Assembly (NCBI GenBank): GCA_003427395.1
Contig: BFEA01000026.1
Location: forward strand, 733,668-797,667
Reading direction: 5' to 3'
Source: Chara braunii
Taxonomy: Eukaryota; Plantae; Charophyceae
DNA: 64,000 nt
Shown: positions 24,241 through 38,200 of the stretch, piece after piece
How positions within the stretch are numbered: position 1 is the first letter of the stretch
Layout of the letters: each line of letters starts with the position of its first letter
Made by a program: the position numbers and the translations under genes
The notes under the pieces: generated by a model
The model's database searches: none
What the model saw: the letters and a program-made list of their open reading frames with translations, nothing else
Told to the model about the DNA's origin: nothing

Positions 24241-25702
24241 AGGAACTGTACAGCAGGGGATTGCCTTTTGACCTTCATTTAAACAAAACTCGATAGCTAA
24301 GGGGGCCACGGGGGTAATGATGCGCACCGATATTGTTGTTGTTCTTGTGCACCTTGAGCCTTTGGATTTTCAAATCTGTGGCTGCTATTGGCTGAAACTG
24401 TATTTTGTTGTCGAGCGTCTGCAGGCCTATCTGAGTGACAAATATCAATAACAAAAATCCGGGTTTCACAGCCGTTGATAGTTGCTGTCGTATGTGTCTG
24501 TCCTTGAAGAGCGGCGAGGTGTGTGAGTTGTGCAATCGCAGCCATTAGCTATCGTTGTTGAACGGGCTGTCCTTGAAGAACGGCCAATTGTCGTACTTGA
24601 AGAGCGGCCAATTGTTGCAGACAGTGCTGCTGCTGTTGTTTGTTTTACCGTTTTGTCCTTTTTTTGGGTCCCGCATCGTTCTGAAAACGGTCCTGAATGT
24701 CCGAATCGTGGAGCTTTTCCTTTCTTTTTGTTTTTGCCATCTGTGCCCACGGCATGGTCCGTTTTCTTTTTTTTTTTCACCCTTGGGGCCTCGCCGGACC
24801 ATGCACCAAATATGAAGAACGAGAATGTAGCTGCCTGTAGTGCGTGAAAAGATACACACTTTTATGTTTTTGTCTTTTTTGCATGTGGCGAGTAGTGCGG
24901 TGAGGCCCATAGAGATGGTAATGCGAAACAAAAGTGTGGTTGGTCCCATTTAAAGTGGGGCTTTGGCATTTGTTTTGCAATTCAGGATTTGATCTTCCCG
25001 ATTCAGACCTAGGTCTGCAGTTTGGCAGGTCAGGTGTGTACCAGCTGAGCTAGGCCCATCGGCGCAGGGGGCTTTCTCATGCGTGGGCCGGCAGCGGCGC
25101 ACTGTGGAAGGAGAAAGAGATAAAGCTGCTGCCCCGATGAAACGAAAAAATTCGAAAAAATTGTTGCGATGGGGCGAGCTCAGGTTAGTACACTCATGAA
25201 CTGCTGTATGTCCCGGCATGGTATGTCTCGCTGTCCAGCCGGAAGTGGGGTCCCACCAGCAAAGGGGACTGGAGTTCATGCCTGAATGTGGACGTGTATG
25301 TGGAGAGGGGTAGAAAATTGCGTTTGATCTGCTTTTCTGCATACTGGTGTAAAACTCTTCCACATTCGGGCACTAAATCCAATCCTGCTTGCTAGTGGGA
25401 CCTCGATCTGGTTCTCTTCAGGCGGCACTGCGAGTGGAGAAGGCACAACGTGTGCAAGGCCACCACCGAGCCGCCCTGGCCAAATGAACGCCCACACGCA
25501 TGGACACAAGCCTGCCTTCCCTCCCAACTACACCCACACACACACAGTCACACCGACACCCAAATGCACAGACACACGGCCGCACGGACCAGCACACGCA
25601 CGCACACAGGCTAGAATGCAACACGCTGGTACACACATGCACGGATAGCGATCATGTCAACACACACATCGGATAGTGAACATAGCAAAACTCACACGGA
25701 CG

Positions 25703-25706
<4 letters not shown>

Positions 25707-25795
<89 letters not shown>

Positions 25796-25796
25796 N

Positions 25797-25858
<62 letters not shown>
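25707..25858. repeat. (CA)n-(GA)n microsatellite
   Basis: Direct inspection of the sequence. Confidence 0.97.
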
Positions 25859-25861
<3 letters not shown>

Positions 25862-26029
25862 TGGGGTTGGTGGCCGTCCTTGCCATGGATGTGGAGTTAC
25901 ACCTGTTGAACCAGACTTCGAAAGTAGTTGAAGTTTAAACCACCACTACCTCTGATCCTGTTTTTGCCGAACCTGAATTTCGCTGCACACCGAGTTTTGC
26001 TGAGCCTGGGTCCCACTGTATTTTCTTTT

Positions 26030-26598
26030 CTGGTGCTCATGACAGTTGCATCCCAAAAATAACAAGGAAAAGAAGAAGAAGATGAAGAAGAAGAAGAAGA
26101 AGAATAGGAGGAAGAAGAAGAAGAAGAAGAAGAAGAAGAAGAATCGGAAGAAGAAGAAGAAGAAGAAGAAGAAGAAGAAGAAGAACGCCTTGATAACAAT
26201 CAGATACATTCTATGAAGAAGAACGCCTTGATAACAATCAGATACATTCTATGAAGAAGAACGCCTTGATAACAATCAGATACATTCTATGAAGTGCTAG
26301 TGAGACTGCGCCCTCAGTGAGGGTGTCTGTCCGATGAACAGCAGATGAATAAAGAAAAAAGAAAGCATCCCTTACTTGACTGGTGCTCATTACAGGTGCA
26401 TCCCAAAAATAACAAGGAAAAGAAGAAAAAGAAGAAGAAGAGGAAGAAGAAGAAGAGGAAGAAGAATCGGAAGAAGAAGAAGAAGAAGAATGCCTTGATA
26501 GCCAGCAGATACATTCTATGAAGTGCTAGTGAGACTGCGCCCTCAGTGAGGGTGTCTGTCGGATGAACAGCAGATGAATAAAGAAAAAAAAAAGCATC
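26030..26598. repeat. Duplicated unit containing (GAA)n; the first copy has a 39-bp triplication
   Basis: 26030-26369 is similar to 26380-26598; gaagaagaacgccttgataacaatcagatacattctat occurs three times. Confidence 0.9.
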
Positions 26599-27737
26599 GG
26601 TTATGCTGTGATCGCGGTCGGATACACGACGCTACAGTTCTAGTGTGAGTACGAGCTGAGTGACGCAGTCGGTTGCCCCGCGTGGATTATGCCGTGCCTC
26701 GCGGGCGGGGCACTACAAGAACATGAAAAGAAGAAAAGAAAAAAAACGGAAACAACAGCACTTGCATTCCACACTTGGTTAGTGGCCATATACATTCCTG
26801 AAAGCACTGGTGCGACTTCCACCTCCGTGAGGGCCTTCCCCGACGACGTCGCTGGACTCTAAAGTTCTTAGTTTTTTTTTTTTTTTTCCCCTTACGGCAT
26901 GCCGAGCCTCCATGGGACCTTAAGTTTATGGCATTAGGATATCACACTTTTCCCAACCCTGAGAAAGGTAGTGGTGGTTTAAGGAGGTTTAAAAAGCCGT
27001 TAGTTGGAGAATCCAACAAAGGCTACACCCAAGGTGGAATGGACAGATTTATGGAGTTGTGAGATATCTCTGCTACAGGCTGAACTTGAACAACATTGCT
27101 ATTGGGATGGCTTGAACAACATGGGTGTAGTTCGGCCCGTAGCAGACATATCTCACAGTCCCAAATTCTCCCAATCCCATAAAAGCCACTGGGATGGCTT
27201 GAACAACATTGTTATTGGGAGGAACCTGCTGTCTCCATCTACTAGAGATTATGGGATTGGCAGAATTTGGGACTCCGTGAAAATCATGACGAAGTTAGCC
27301 TAAACATCCGTATTTCGGAGGGAGACTACATGAAAATCATCACTGAGTTATTTTCCTGTTCGCTATGTCTCCAATTCCGAATGGCCTGAGACAGGTGAAA
27401 GTTGATTTTCCATCCTGAATCCTGATCTATGAAGACTTGCAGAAATGTTCACAGTGCGATATGCTCTTCTACTCAGGTGGCATTACGTGAATCACCACTT
27501 AACAATCCACATTGAGTGCAATTCTTCAACAGTCCCAAGGGTTTTGCTATATGCCTGAAGTACTAGCAACACTTATTCTGTATGAATTAATTCAGTGTTT
27601 GATGAAAACCTCTTCCTATTGCCTGTCTGAATTCTTGGTCTTTTCTGTTCAACTCTTCTTATGCCACGTGCCTCTTACTACCTCCTCCTGAACTGCTTTG
27701 CTCCCGGTCTCCCTGCTGCCCCCCAACTGCTTTGCTC

Positions 27738-28250
27738 CTGTCTCTCTACTCTACTCAACTCTCCACTCCTCTATTGCATTCGCTCTACTCTCTGCTCTCT
27801 ACTTTCTATTACCTACTCTACTTTTACTCTACTCTACTCTACTCTACTCTACTCTACTCTAGTCTTTTTTCTGTACTATCTGCGCCCCTCTCTTCTCTTT
27901 ACTACTCTCTACAGTCCTCTACGCTACTCTGCACTCTCTATGCTCCTCTCTACTCTACTCTTAGTTCTCTACTGTCTACTCTACTCTCTGTACTCTCTAC
28001 TCTGCTCTCAACTCTCTACTCTCTCGTACACGACGCGGATTTCTACACTCTACTCCCTACTCTCTACCGTCTACTCTCTACTCCAGTCTCTAGACTACTC
28101 TCTCCTCTTCTGTCTACTCCCTCCTCTCTCCTCTACTCTACTCTCTACTCTACTCTCTACGCTCCACTCTGTTCTCTCCTCTCTAGTGTCTACTCTCTAC
28201 TCCACACTCTCTACTCTCCTCTCTACTGTCCTACTCTACTGTCCTCTCTA
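27738..28250. repeat. Degenerate (CTACT/CTCTA)n pyrimidine-rich simple repeat
   Basis: Direct inspection; the S/T/L/Y-rich ORFs here are a by-product. Confidence 0.92.
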
Positions 28251-30948
28251 GACCACCGCTACCTTGGACCCTCCTTTTGCCCCGGTGAGTTTCTGCTGTG
28301 TGCCAAGGGCAAAACGAACTGGTGCAGTCTTTTTTTTTCTTTGGTGGTTGGCGCCGCCAACGAAGAACTTCTGGGAGGCTGAGGGCAAAACGAACCAGCG
28401 CGACATTTTTTTGTTGTTCTGATGGCAGATTTCTACTGCATTATTCACAAAAGGAATCAATGCTAATATACAAGCTCTTTTAATAGGTAATAGCTATGCA
28501 TAAGGCAAAATGAACTGCTGTGCTCTTTTTTTTCTTCTTTTGGCTGACGGTGTCGCCAGCCAAAAAGGTGGGGAGGACGAGCCCCTTGGTGGTCCACTTT
28601 GGTGCTGTAGTTTGACTGGGAGAGGTAGTGGTGGTGTAAAGAAAAAAACACATTTGGGGAGCTGTGGAGTGAGGGCCTTTATCCTTTCCTTGAAAAATTC
28701 ACCTGGGAAAAAACAAAACAAAATGGAAACATTCCCGTCATGTGTTTGACAAGCCGTGGAAGCCAAGTCTATTAGCAAATGACACTGAATACCCAATGGG
28801 ATTATGGGCGCACTGGTGAATAAAACTGTACACAATCGGAACAGATTGTAGCAACGGTGTGCACGATGCAAGACAGGATGCGACAGGTGTAGGACAGGCT
28901 GGCACTACCTGCATGTATCTGACCACAAGTAGGGGTTGTGACACAATCATGTCCAGGGCTGATCCGAAGTAGTCCTAGTGGAACGGTCTAGTTGCACTAC
29001 TCGCCATCCATCAACCTCTGTGACTGATTGCTGGCGAGTTAGAAAGTTGAAAATTGTGGCGAGTTGGAGGTGTGGTTGTCCCTAAGGTTTTGTCGGCTAG
29101 ATCTCCAGCTGCAAGGCCGAGAACTTGTGAAGAGGTGGTTTTGTGGAGGGTGGAGGGGTCGCAAGGATGACCCTCCACAAAACAGCAGGAGTGCAACCTG
29201 GGAGCTCGCCGCACTCTGCGGTGCTGAAAAAAAAAAACTCACCAAAGTTTGGTGAGTGCGTCCAACCGTGCACCCACTTGCCAATTTGGCAGATGGCAAG
29301 TAGTGCGACTAGGACCTAACACAAGGAAGCAACGCCTACCTGGCATGATAAGGAGGAAAAAAGGAAAAGAAGCCAGACCGCGTAGTGAAGTGGCGGAGCT
29401 TGGCGACTACGTATGGCTAGTAGTGCAACTAGGACCTAATACAAGGAAGCAACACCTACCTGACATGATTTGGAAGAAAAAAAAAAAAAGAAGGAAAAAG
29501 AAGTGAGGCCACGTAGTGAAGTGGCGGAGCTTGCCAACTGCCCAAGTAATTGGGTCGGCATGCACTCATGTGCTGCTGAAGTGCCGACGACCGGTACTCC
29601 CTGTTTATGGGGTTTTTATATCTACATGAATGATTTATTAAGTATTTTGCAAATTGCCTTTGTAACTGATGAAAGGAGGTCCTGACAGCCAAGCTCCCAA
29701 CTCACATGGATTCTTTGTTCCTGGGCATTCACTTTGTGAATCCACGGTTTTGGGAAACGAAGTTGACAGGGAAGACACAGACCTTGGAACCTTCGTACAC
29801 TGACCAACGAATGTGCGCATGAACGTCCCTCTAGAACTCGGAAAGATATATAGCAGCCATACTTTGTATTTACTATTTTTTGGATTTGGTGAATGTTGTG
29901 GCAATGCCGCTTGCTCACTGATGGCCTGGAAGCAACTGGGAAAGTTACCGAACTTGGCACGTTGTATGATGTGGAATCACAGCAGGCTCTGCCAAGATGG
30001 TGACAAGTGTTGTCCTCTCACAAGATAACTGCCACCCAGACCATGTGAGCGATATTACTGAACCAATCATGTCGAGTTCTTCACAAGATTCCCAAGAAGA
30101 AAAAGAAAAACAGGCTGGCCGGTCTACTCAGAACACGGCAGAAATTGGGACAAACAGTTTTTTTCTGAGGGAATACTCACAGTAGGATCTCATCTTCTCA
30201 CCCCTGGACGTGATTGGTATTGGATACTACTAACCGCAGGCCATAATTGAAGTCACATTCATCCAGTAAAGTCCTGTGAGTATGCTCTCATGCTATAGCC
30301 TGTGGGTATTTTTAACAAACACTTTCCTCTCAGGGAATATTGACAATAGGACCTTATTTTCTCAGCTTTGGACGGAATTGCGGCTGGATGCGCCAACGGT
30401 GCTCTGTAATTGCAGTCACATACATCCAGAAAAGTCCTACTGTGAGTATGCCCTCATGCTCACCTGTGGCTGCTTATACGTGTGCCCTCTTGGGTTTGCG
30501 GTTAGGGTTTCTGAGGGGACCCTACCACATGCACTTCCAAGTCCTGGACCTTTTTCAGGGTCTTCGACTTTCTTTGATGTATCTAATCGGATTCTTCGCC
30601 GGATTCTGCTCAGTGATGTCCGGTGTGAAGGTGGTGGTTTATGCCCAATTTTTTGGGGAGCCAGCCAATTTCGGGGGCATTGGGCTCTCACCTTCATGGA
30701 TATATATGGTGGCAAAAATGGTTTGATGTAGGCAAGGAAGCTGGAACTGTCAGTATGCCTTTACACACTGCTAACTCCTGAAAGTGCCAGTGCAGTGGAC
30801 CCAAAATTGCCGAACCAAAATTTGGTGTGCCTGAATGAAGGAAACCAGTCCTTGCCAGGCTGGTGTATTGAAAGTGATGCCTTCTTGTATTCTGCCATAA
30901 GTTTTGGAGGAGGGGGCTTCATCAGGACCTTGGGGGACTGACCCACTA

Positions 30949-31114
30949 CCTTCTTCCCCCGAACATATAACGCATATGCATTGTAAATGAATACAACACA
31001 TAGGGTGTGTTGGTGCGTTCTATTCGAACACAACGCATATGCATTCTGTTTGATTTTTTTTGTTTTTCGAAAACTGTAATACAACGCGTGTGCGCTATGT
31101 TTGGGGGAAGAAGG
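30949..31114. mobile_element. Tc1/mariner-type MITE (same TIR as 11406-11511), TA TSD
   Basis: TA-CCTTCTTCCCCCGAACATA...TATGTTTGGGGGAAGAAGG-TA. Confidence 0.8.
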
Positions 31115-31547
31115 TAGCAGACGGATTACACCACGAGTTGAGGCGAGCCTATTTTGCAGAACCGGATTTGACACGAACCCTGACCTTCCCAGTCTGAGAG
31201 TAGTAAAGCCGGTACATTGGAAGTGCAGCCTTGGGGTGTACCTCCCCAAGGTTTCAAAGGAGGGGGCTCGCACCGGTGGTTAAAGCCACTAGTACTCCAG
31301 GGTTACCGGCCAACTACCAGGTGGATGACACAACTAAACTGGCAGAGCCTGTTTGCAGAACCAGACTGACACTGACTGTGGCCTTCCCAGCCTGAATGGT
31401 TGGGCCTGGCATGTCATAATGAGAATGGGCAACCATATGCATTTGGCTTTTGATGTTTTGATGTTTTTCACTGACGATGTTGGCATTTTGCATTGCAGGA
31501 GATGAGAAGTAAAGGAAATTCGCCAGTTTTGGGGCACTCTATATATA

Positions 31548-31585
31548 CTGTCTCTTATACACATCTAGATGTGTATAAGAGACAG
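31548..31585. other. Nextera mate-pair junction adapter (two inverted Tn5 mosaic ends); assembly contamination
   Basis: Exact CTGTCTCTTATACACATCT+AGATGTGTATAAGAGACAG, lying between duplicated segments 31270-31547 and 31591-31865. Confidence 0.99.
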
Positions 31586-32033
31586 GGCCTGCACCGGTGG
31601 TTAAAGCCACTAGTACTCCAGGGTTACCGGCCAACTACCAGGTGGATGACACAACTAAACTGGCAGAGCCTGTTTGCAGAACCAGACTGACACTGACTGT
31701 GGCCTTCCCAGCCTGAATGGTTGGGCCTGGCATGTCATAATGAGAATGGGCAACCATATGCATTTGGCTTTTGATGTTTTGATGTTTTTCACTGACGATG
31801 TTGGCATTTTGCATTGCAGGAGATGAAAAGAAAAGGAAATCCCCCAGTTTTGGGGACCTCTTATAATTTTTTCCCCCCCCCCCCCCCCCCCCCCCCCCGG
31901 AACTATAGCTATGGCACCCAGTAGGCCGAACCTTATCACCCTCCATGTGAAATGGTGGCAACATCGCTTCATGGTGGACTGGTGAGTTAACACCAGTTCT
32001 TTCGGGCCTCTTTTTTCGAGGCTAAGAATGTCC

Positions 32034-33166
32034 TGCAAGGAATATGAGTGTGAACGATATACAAAGAACCAAGTTGCGAAATCACACATATGTCTGAGTA
32101 GTCGTGTACAAGCAGAGAGCACAAATGCATTGAGAATCCATCCAAATAGAGCAATACAATGAAGTAATGAGCCAATGTTCAAGCCCGTAGGCCACCAACA
32201 CAGTATCCAAAGTCGCTCTTCTCTGTCTGGCGCCCAGCGCCCAGCCTACTCTATTCACCATTCCTACTTACAGCTGTGTTCCCGCAACAGGCTCACGTCG
32301 ACTATCGAACACCAATGTACATGATGTCAACACCATAACCGAACTCTCTCTTCATGCACCAGGTACGTATCTCGTCACCCTCATCAGACCTTGATACCCC
32401 ACACTTCGCCTCCGTCCCTGAAGACCACCAGATCACCCACTGACCCCCTGGCGCCCAGCAGCCCGGCTATGGCTGCCTGCGCCCCTCTTCACCTCCACGC
32501 GCCACGTCAGCACCCTTGGCCGCAGTGCAGCATCAAGCAGTAGCGCAGCAGCACTTCCGCATTGCCTACGCAGGCCAGAATACCCTGCCTGGGCTGCCTT
32601 GCTTCCTATATGGAAGTGGCANNNNNNNNNNNNNNNNNNNNNNNNNNNNNNNNNNNNNNNNNNNNNNNNNNNNNNNNNNNNNNNNNNNNNNNNNNNNNNN
32701 NNNNNNNNNNNNNNNNNNNNNNNNNNNNNNNNNNNNNNNNNNNNNNNNNNNNNNNNNNNNNNNNNNNNNNNNNNNNNNNNNNNNNNNNNNNNNNNNNNNN
32801 NNNNNNNNNNNNNNNNNNNNNNNNNNNNNNNNNNNNNNNNNNNNNNNNNNNNNNNNNNNNNNNNNNNNNNNNNNNNNNNNNNNNNNNNNNNNNNNNNNNN
32901 NNNNNNNNNNNNNNNNNNNNNNNNNNNNNNNNNNNNACTGCCAAGGCCTGGGCCAACTGTACGACGCAGCTTAGTGAGGCTCACGTGTCCACTCAACCAA
33001 CTGGCGTGCTGAAAGAGCCTGAATACCCACATATGAAAATGTCAAATTTGGGCCTCTGATGAATATTCAGGCTCGCCTTCACTTAGGGCGGGCACTCGGC
33101 TTGCTGGGGGCCTCTGCCCAGAACGTGTGATGTTTGATAGGGCCCCGTGAGGGCTCGTTCGTCACA
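32034..33166 (-). repeat. 3' LTR
   Basis: Direct repeat of 39381-40482; contains an N gap. Confidence 0.95.
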
Positions 33167-33168
33167 TT

Positions 33169-33180
33169 CCATCCCCCTTA
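33169..33180 (-). promoter_or_regulatory. Polypurine tract
   Basis: Minus strand TAAGGGGGATGG-AA immediately precedes the 3' LTR start TGT. Confidence 0.85.
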
Positions 33181-33261
33181 GCTTCGAGAGTTATGTTGCA
33201 TGTTGTGCCTTCCCTTTCAGTTTCTTCTCATACTCAGCCACAATACGAGGTTCTGTCTTAA

Positions 33262-36200
33262 CTAGTTCCTCCCTTGAAATCCTTCGATGTCCTTGGGATT
33301 AGTATGATGCCTGAAATGTACTCTGTACTCCCTTGCAGGTTTAGGAGGTGTACCCTTGCCAGTTGTCTTGGGAACAGGCCAGTCTCTGTGATCCAAAATA
33401 TCGTTGACATCCACGTGGCCATCCATGTTTGGGGGCAGCATGGATCTCCGTGATGGGAACTGTGCTCTCTCAGTGAAAGGTGCAAGCTTGGTGGCGTGAA
33501 AAACAGGGCAAGTGCGTAGGTGACCAGGGACGCAAGGGACCATCCAAATCATTACCCACAATATCTAAGATTTCCCAGGGACCGAAATACTGAGGCATTA
33601 GTTTCCTAGAGATGCCAAACTCCTGTCCCAACACACTAGCCTTGACCCAAACACGTTCCCCTACCTGAAATGTGGACTGTTGGCGTTGCTTGTTCTCAGA
33701 GGCAATCATGGCTTCTTGAGATTTCTGGATGTGTTCTACAGTCTGTTGCGACAATTTCTCATACTGGACACCAAATTCAATTGTTCCAGGAGTTGGAGCA
33801 GTTTGGTTTTCAGGTAGGAGGAAGTCCAAAGCAGATCTAGGCTTCCATCCCAGTTGCAGTTGATTAGGACTGACGCCGGTGGTGCTGAGTACAACATTGT
33901 GGTACAGACTGACGATGAGAGGTAGTTTCTCATCCCAGTCATCCTGGTTGGGCTTGATGTAATGCCTCAGCAGATGCTGCACCACACGGTTCATTTGTTC
34001 ACCCTGCCCATTTGCTTTGGGATGATTCCCTTAAGTCATGTGAAGCTGGCTGCCGATCTGTTCAGCGACCTTCTTCCACATCTCACTGGTGAAACGCACA
34101 TCTCTATCACTAACGATTGTCTTTGGCAGCCCAAAGTCACGCACCCAGTTATCCATGAATAACTTAATGACGTGTTCGGTCCTGGTGGTCTCCGGCATGG
34201 CAACTAGTGTAGCAAACTTAGTGAACCAATCAACTATGACGAAGATGTGCCTCATTCTCTGTCACAAGAGTATCCATGTCCATGGAGATACTCTTGCCTT
34301 GGTCCAACAGGAATGGGTAGAGGCTTGAGTAACCCAAGTGGAGCTCGAGTCCGCAGCTTGTCCCGCTGGCAGACCTGACAGGTCTGTACGTACTTCTTTG
34401 CATCGTCCAGCATGTTAGTCTGCTAGAATCGATGTACTAAATTAGCACTAGTCTTCTTGGAGCCGAAATGTCCTGTACACTCACCTAAAAATAAACTATG
34501 CAAAATCTCCCTAGATGGAATAACTGACCTTTTAAACCTTGCCTTTTCAAGAAAGGGTAACCCATCCACCATCACAAACTCGTCAATGGTGGCCTTGTCT
34601 TTAGCCTGGAGTTTGTTGATGATGTCCATCGTGATGGGATCTTCCTTGCAGGCTTCCCATAAAGATTGAGTAACATCCTCAGATAAGCCAAACTCAAAAA
34701 TCAGCGCACCTAGGTAATCTGCTAGTTTAGACAGCGCATCCGCAACCTTGTTGTACTCTCCCTTCACATAGCCTAGTTTGAAGTCGTACTGATCTATGAC
34801 TTCAATCCAGCGTTTGAGTGCATCAGAGAGAACTGGTTGTCTTGATCCACTTGAGGGTCTGATGGTCAATTCTCAAGTAGAAGAACCTTCCTAATAGATA
34901 GTGCCTCCAGTGGACAAGTGCCTTGTAGAGAGCGTAGAGTTCCCTCTCGTAGGTGGACTTCGACAACTTCTTTGATGGCATCTTTTTACTCATATACTCT
35001 ATCGGTCTCAACTTTTTCCCCTCGTGTTGAGCCAACACTGCGCCGCCATATTGGCTTGCGTCAATATTTACAACGAATGGCCTTCGCGGGTCGGGTACCA
35101 TGAGGACTTCATGGTGTGTGAGTGCATGCTTCAAACGCTTGAAAGCTGCCTCACACTCGTCGGTCAAGTCCCACGGCGTATCAAGTTGAATTAGATCAGT
35201 CAAGAGGGATGTGATCGTGCTGTAATTCTTCAAGAAATTGTGGTAATAACCACACATTCCCAAGAATGATCTGAGCTCGGTCACAAACTGGGTTCGTGGC
35301 CAGTCACGTATGCTAGCCACCTTGGCATCTTCGGGCCTAATCCCATCCGCATATACTTCATGATCCAAGTACAAGAGTTGAGTGCGTCCGAACTCGCATT
35401 TCTCTGCATTTATCTTATACTTGTGCTCCCAAAGGAGTGAAAGTATTGTATCTACATGTTGAGCATGCTCCTCGACAGTCTTGCTAAAGATAAGCATGTC
35501 GTCGGGGTACACGGCGATGAACTTATCTATAAGTAGTCATGGAAGATCCTATTCATTGCGTGCTGGAATGTACCCGGCGCATTGCAAAGGCCAAAGGGCA
35601 TCATCACAAACTCGTACAAACCGTACCTGGTTTGAAATGCGGTTCTGTGCTGGTCCTCTGGTCATATGGCAATTTGATGGTAGTCGGATTTTAAGTCTAT
35701 CTTCATATAGTATTTACACCCCTGCCCCCTATCCAATAGGTCGTCGATGCGTGGTCGAGGCTCTGCGTTCTTAACGGTGATGGCATTGAGCCCTCTATAA
35801 TCAATGCACATCCTTAGTATTCCCCCTTTGTTTGGAACAAATAAGACTGGTGAGCCAAAGGGGGAGGTGCTAGGTCGAATCCATCCCTTCTATGTGAGCT
35901 CTTTCAGTTGTCGCCGAAGCTTGTCCAACTCGGTCGGAGCCATCCTATAGATTCTCACTTTTGGTGTCTTGCTATCTGGGATGATCTCTATGGCATGGAC
36001 AATCTCCCTGTCTTTGACTCCTGTAGGCTCCTCAAACAGATTAAGGTACTTAGCTCTGGGGTGTTTTAACGGCCTCCCCTTTCGCAAAGACATAGACCAA
36101 GTACATACCTTCCTCTTGGTTTTGTTTAGAACGCAGGTGCGCATAAGCACCCATAGGAGTCTATTAACCTATTGGCTTTATATTTGGACAGTCTAACGGT
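33262..36200 (-). pseudogene. Gypsy pol pseudogene (RT, RNase H, integrase, chromodomain-like C-terminus)
   Basis: RT YPDD (from YLDD), LRSFLGMCGYY; RNaseH NIDASQYG, YERELYAL; integrase VIVDWFTK, IVSDRDVRFTS, KLMPQYFGPW (GPY/F-like); chromo-like VNDILDHR...EYRVHF. Many frameshifts. Confidence 0.93.
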
Positions 36201-36299
36201 CCTCCCATTAGGCAACTCTTGCTTTAACACCTTTTCATCCCAGTCAAACTGGGGCTTGACAACCTCGAGGTAGTATATGCCCAAAGGCAAATCGTCGCT

Positions 36300-37995
36300 C
36301 ACCGGGAATGATATCTTATGACTTAATTCTCCTCCTTGGTTTGGAGAAAGTGCAGACCACGTATTTAACGTAGTCCTCCACCATCATGCGCTCTTTGTTG
36401 GCAAAAGTAGATGCTACCGGTCTACTAAGCGCTGCCTTAGTCTTAATTGTCGCGGCGAGGTTGCTACCTTCAACGCTATCCTCACTGTCTAACTCTGATC
36501 CCTCCATAACCTCAGAAACATCATCCATCTCAGTTTGATTCCCTTCGGAATCAACCATCATCAATCGATTGCCCTTCTTCCACTCTTGTGGAACCTTCTT
36601 CTTTCTTTCGTCCGTGAGGGGGGGTTTGAGCACCACCCAGCGTAGCCTCTAAGTCTAGGGTCTTTTTATTGAATGTATCAAAGGTGTGATACTCTAGCCG
36701 AGCCTCGCTGGCAAGTAAGTTCTTGATGTGTGTGGGAAGACATCTCAAGAACATGGTCAACTAGACCTGTGGATTGTACTCCATCCCTGGGAAGACAATC
36801 AGGCGCTCTACGGTTGTGGTAAGCTCTTGCACATAGTTGCACTATAGCATCAAGCTTTAATAACCCATCAGTGGCAATCTGTGCTTGTCGAGGGTTGTGC
36901 CAATGTGCTTCCACTAAGTCCATAAAGCTTTTTAGGGTGTGGGTCTGCACCCAATCACCCATGTTCGTGCCGAACCCCTTTGAAACAACCAGTCCATTAA
37001 GCCAACGAGCTGCTGAACCCTCTAAGTAGGATGCAACAGTCATCACCTCCTCCTCTACCAATGTCCACTTTGCCCTCACCCACACTGGCACCGTTCTCAA
37101 CCGCGTGTCGAGAGCCTCATCCTTCTTGTCTCCTGAGAAGGTTGGAGGTGGTTTCAGGGGGGTCTTGGGGTACCAAGGTAATTGCTGTCCCACTGGTGGG
37201 ACAGGTGGCGACTGTGGTGTATCTCCAGTCGCTGGACCAGAAGACGAAGAAGCAACAGTCTGAGATAGAGCTGCTGCTGAAGTATCGCTTGGTGTTGATC
37301 TTGACTGAGCGGCATAGGGGCCCTGTCATCGTTGAGAATGGCAGCAATGGCAAAACTGCTGGCCTGATTCCTGGCCTTCGCATGGCATTCAGGATCTGGT
37401 CAAGGGTGTCCTGGATTGCATCCAGTTTGCTGTCCATGTATGCATGCATGGACAGGATGCTCGCCTTGACAACTTTCATGTTGTTGTCCAGGGTAGAGTC
37501 ATCTAATCCCTCAAGTGCAGCTTTGTCTGCCTGTCTGCTCTCTAGTCTGATACTTCTATTTCTAATTTCTTTCTCCCTGTCGGTAGCCTTTTTAAGTTCC
37601 TTCTCTAGCCTTGGAATCCTTCCCCCTTGCTGGAGCTCCATCTGCTCCCGGGTGCGTGGAGAGCGAGCTGTACTGCGAGCCTACCATCTGACTAGCGCCA
37701 GCTCCTGACGTAGTGGAGATAACATGTGTGCTGGTCTGTTGACCAGTTGAGGTCGCAGCAGATGTTGCTGCAGAGGTAACCATTGCTACTGCGCTAGCTG
37801 CTGCTGCTGCCAACGCCCATTCTACAGCTCGTGCTGCTTCTCTCGCCGTCTCTAGATTCCGGGCCTTAGCTTCAGTCCTTAGTCTCCTTTCATCTCCTGG
37901 CAGTAGGACCTCGAAGGGTATCCTACCGGTATCCTTTCGTGGCTGCCTCCTGTTGTCTGATGTATCTTCACCACCCTCCGATCCACTCAACGTCA
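36300..37995 (-). pseudogene. Gypsy gag (frameshifted)
   Basis: PKTPLKPPPTFSGDKKDEALD...VASYLEGSAARWLNGL; FLRCLPTHIKNLL; coiled-coil N-terminus. Confidence 0.85.
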
Positions 37996-38200
37996 AATAT
38001 TGCTATGGATTGCTTTTTTTGCATCTTTTGCAGTGAAAGTACCTATGGTACCAGTTCATATTTGGTTACCTGAAGCTCATGTAGAAGCACCCACCGCTGG
38101 ATCTGTTATCTTAGCGGGAATTCTCTTAAAATTGGGAACTTATGGTTTTTTAAGATTTTCAATACCAATGTTTCCAGAAGCTACTCTTTATTTCACTCCT
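37991..38200 (+). pseudogene. nad4: NUMT: fragment of mitochondrial NADH dehydrogenase subunit 4
   Basis: [70 protein letters not shown] is the conserved plant nad4 segment. AT-rich organellar codon usage; no stops. Confidence 0.97.

Noticed and set aside
27661-28382. 196-aa and 216-aa S/T/L/Y-rich ORFs
   Set aside because: Translations of a CTACT simple repeat.
29666-29700. Other CTGATGA motifs (29666, 33055, 40372, 40497, 59988) as hammerheads
   Set aside because: No stem II followed by GAAA.
31548-31585. Bacterial Tn5/IS50 horizontal transfer
   Set aside because: It is the synthetic mosaic-end junction adapter, with no transposase nearby.
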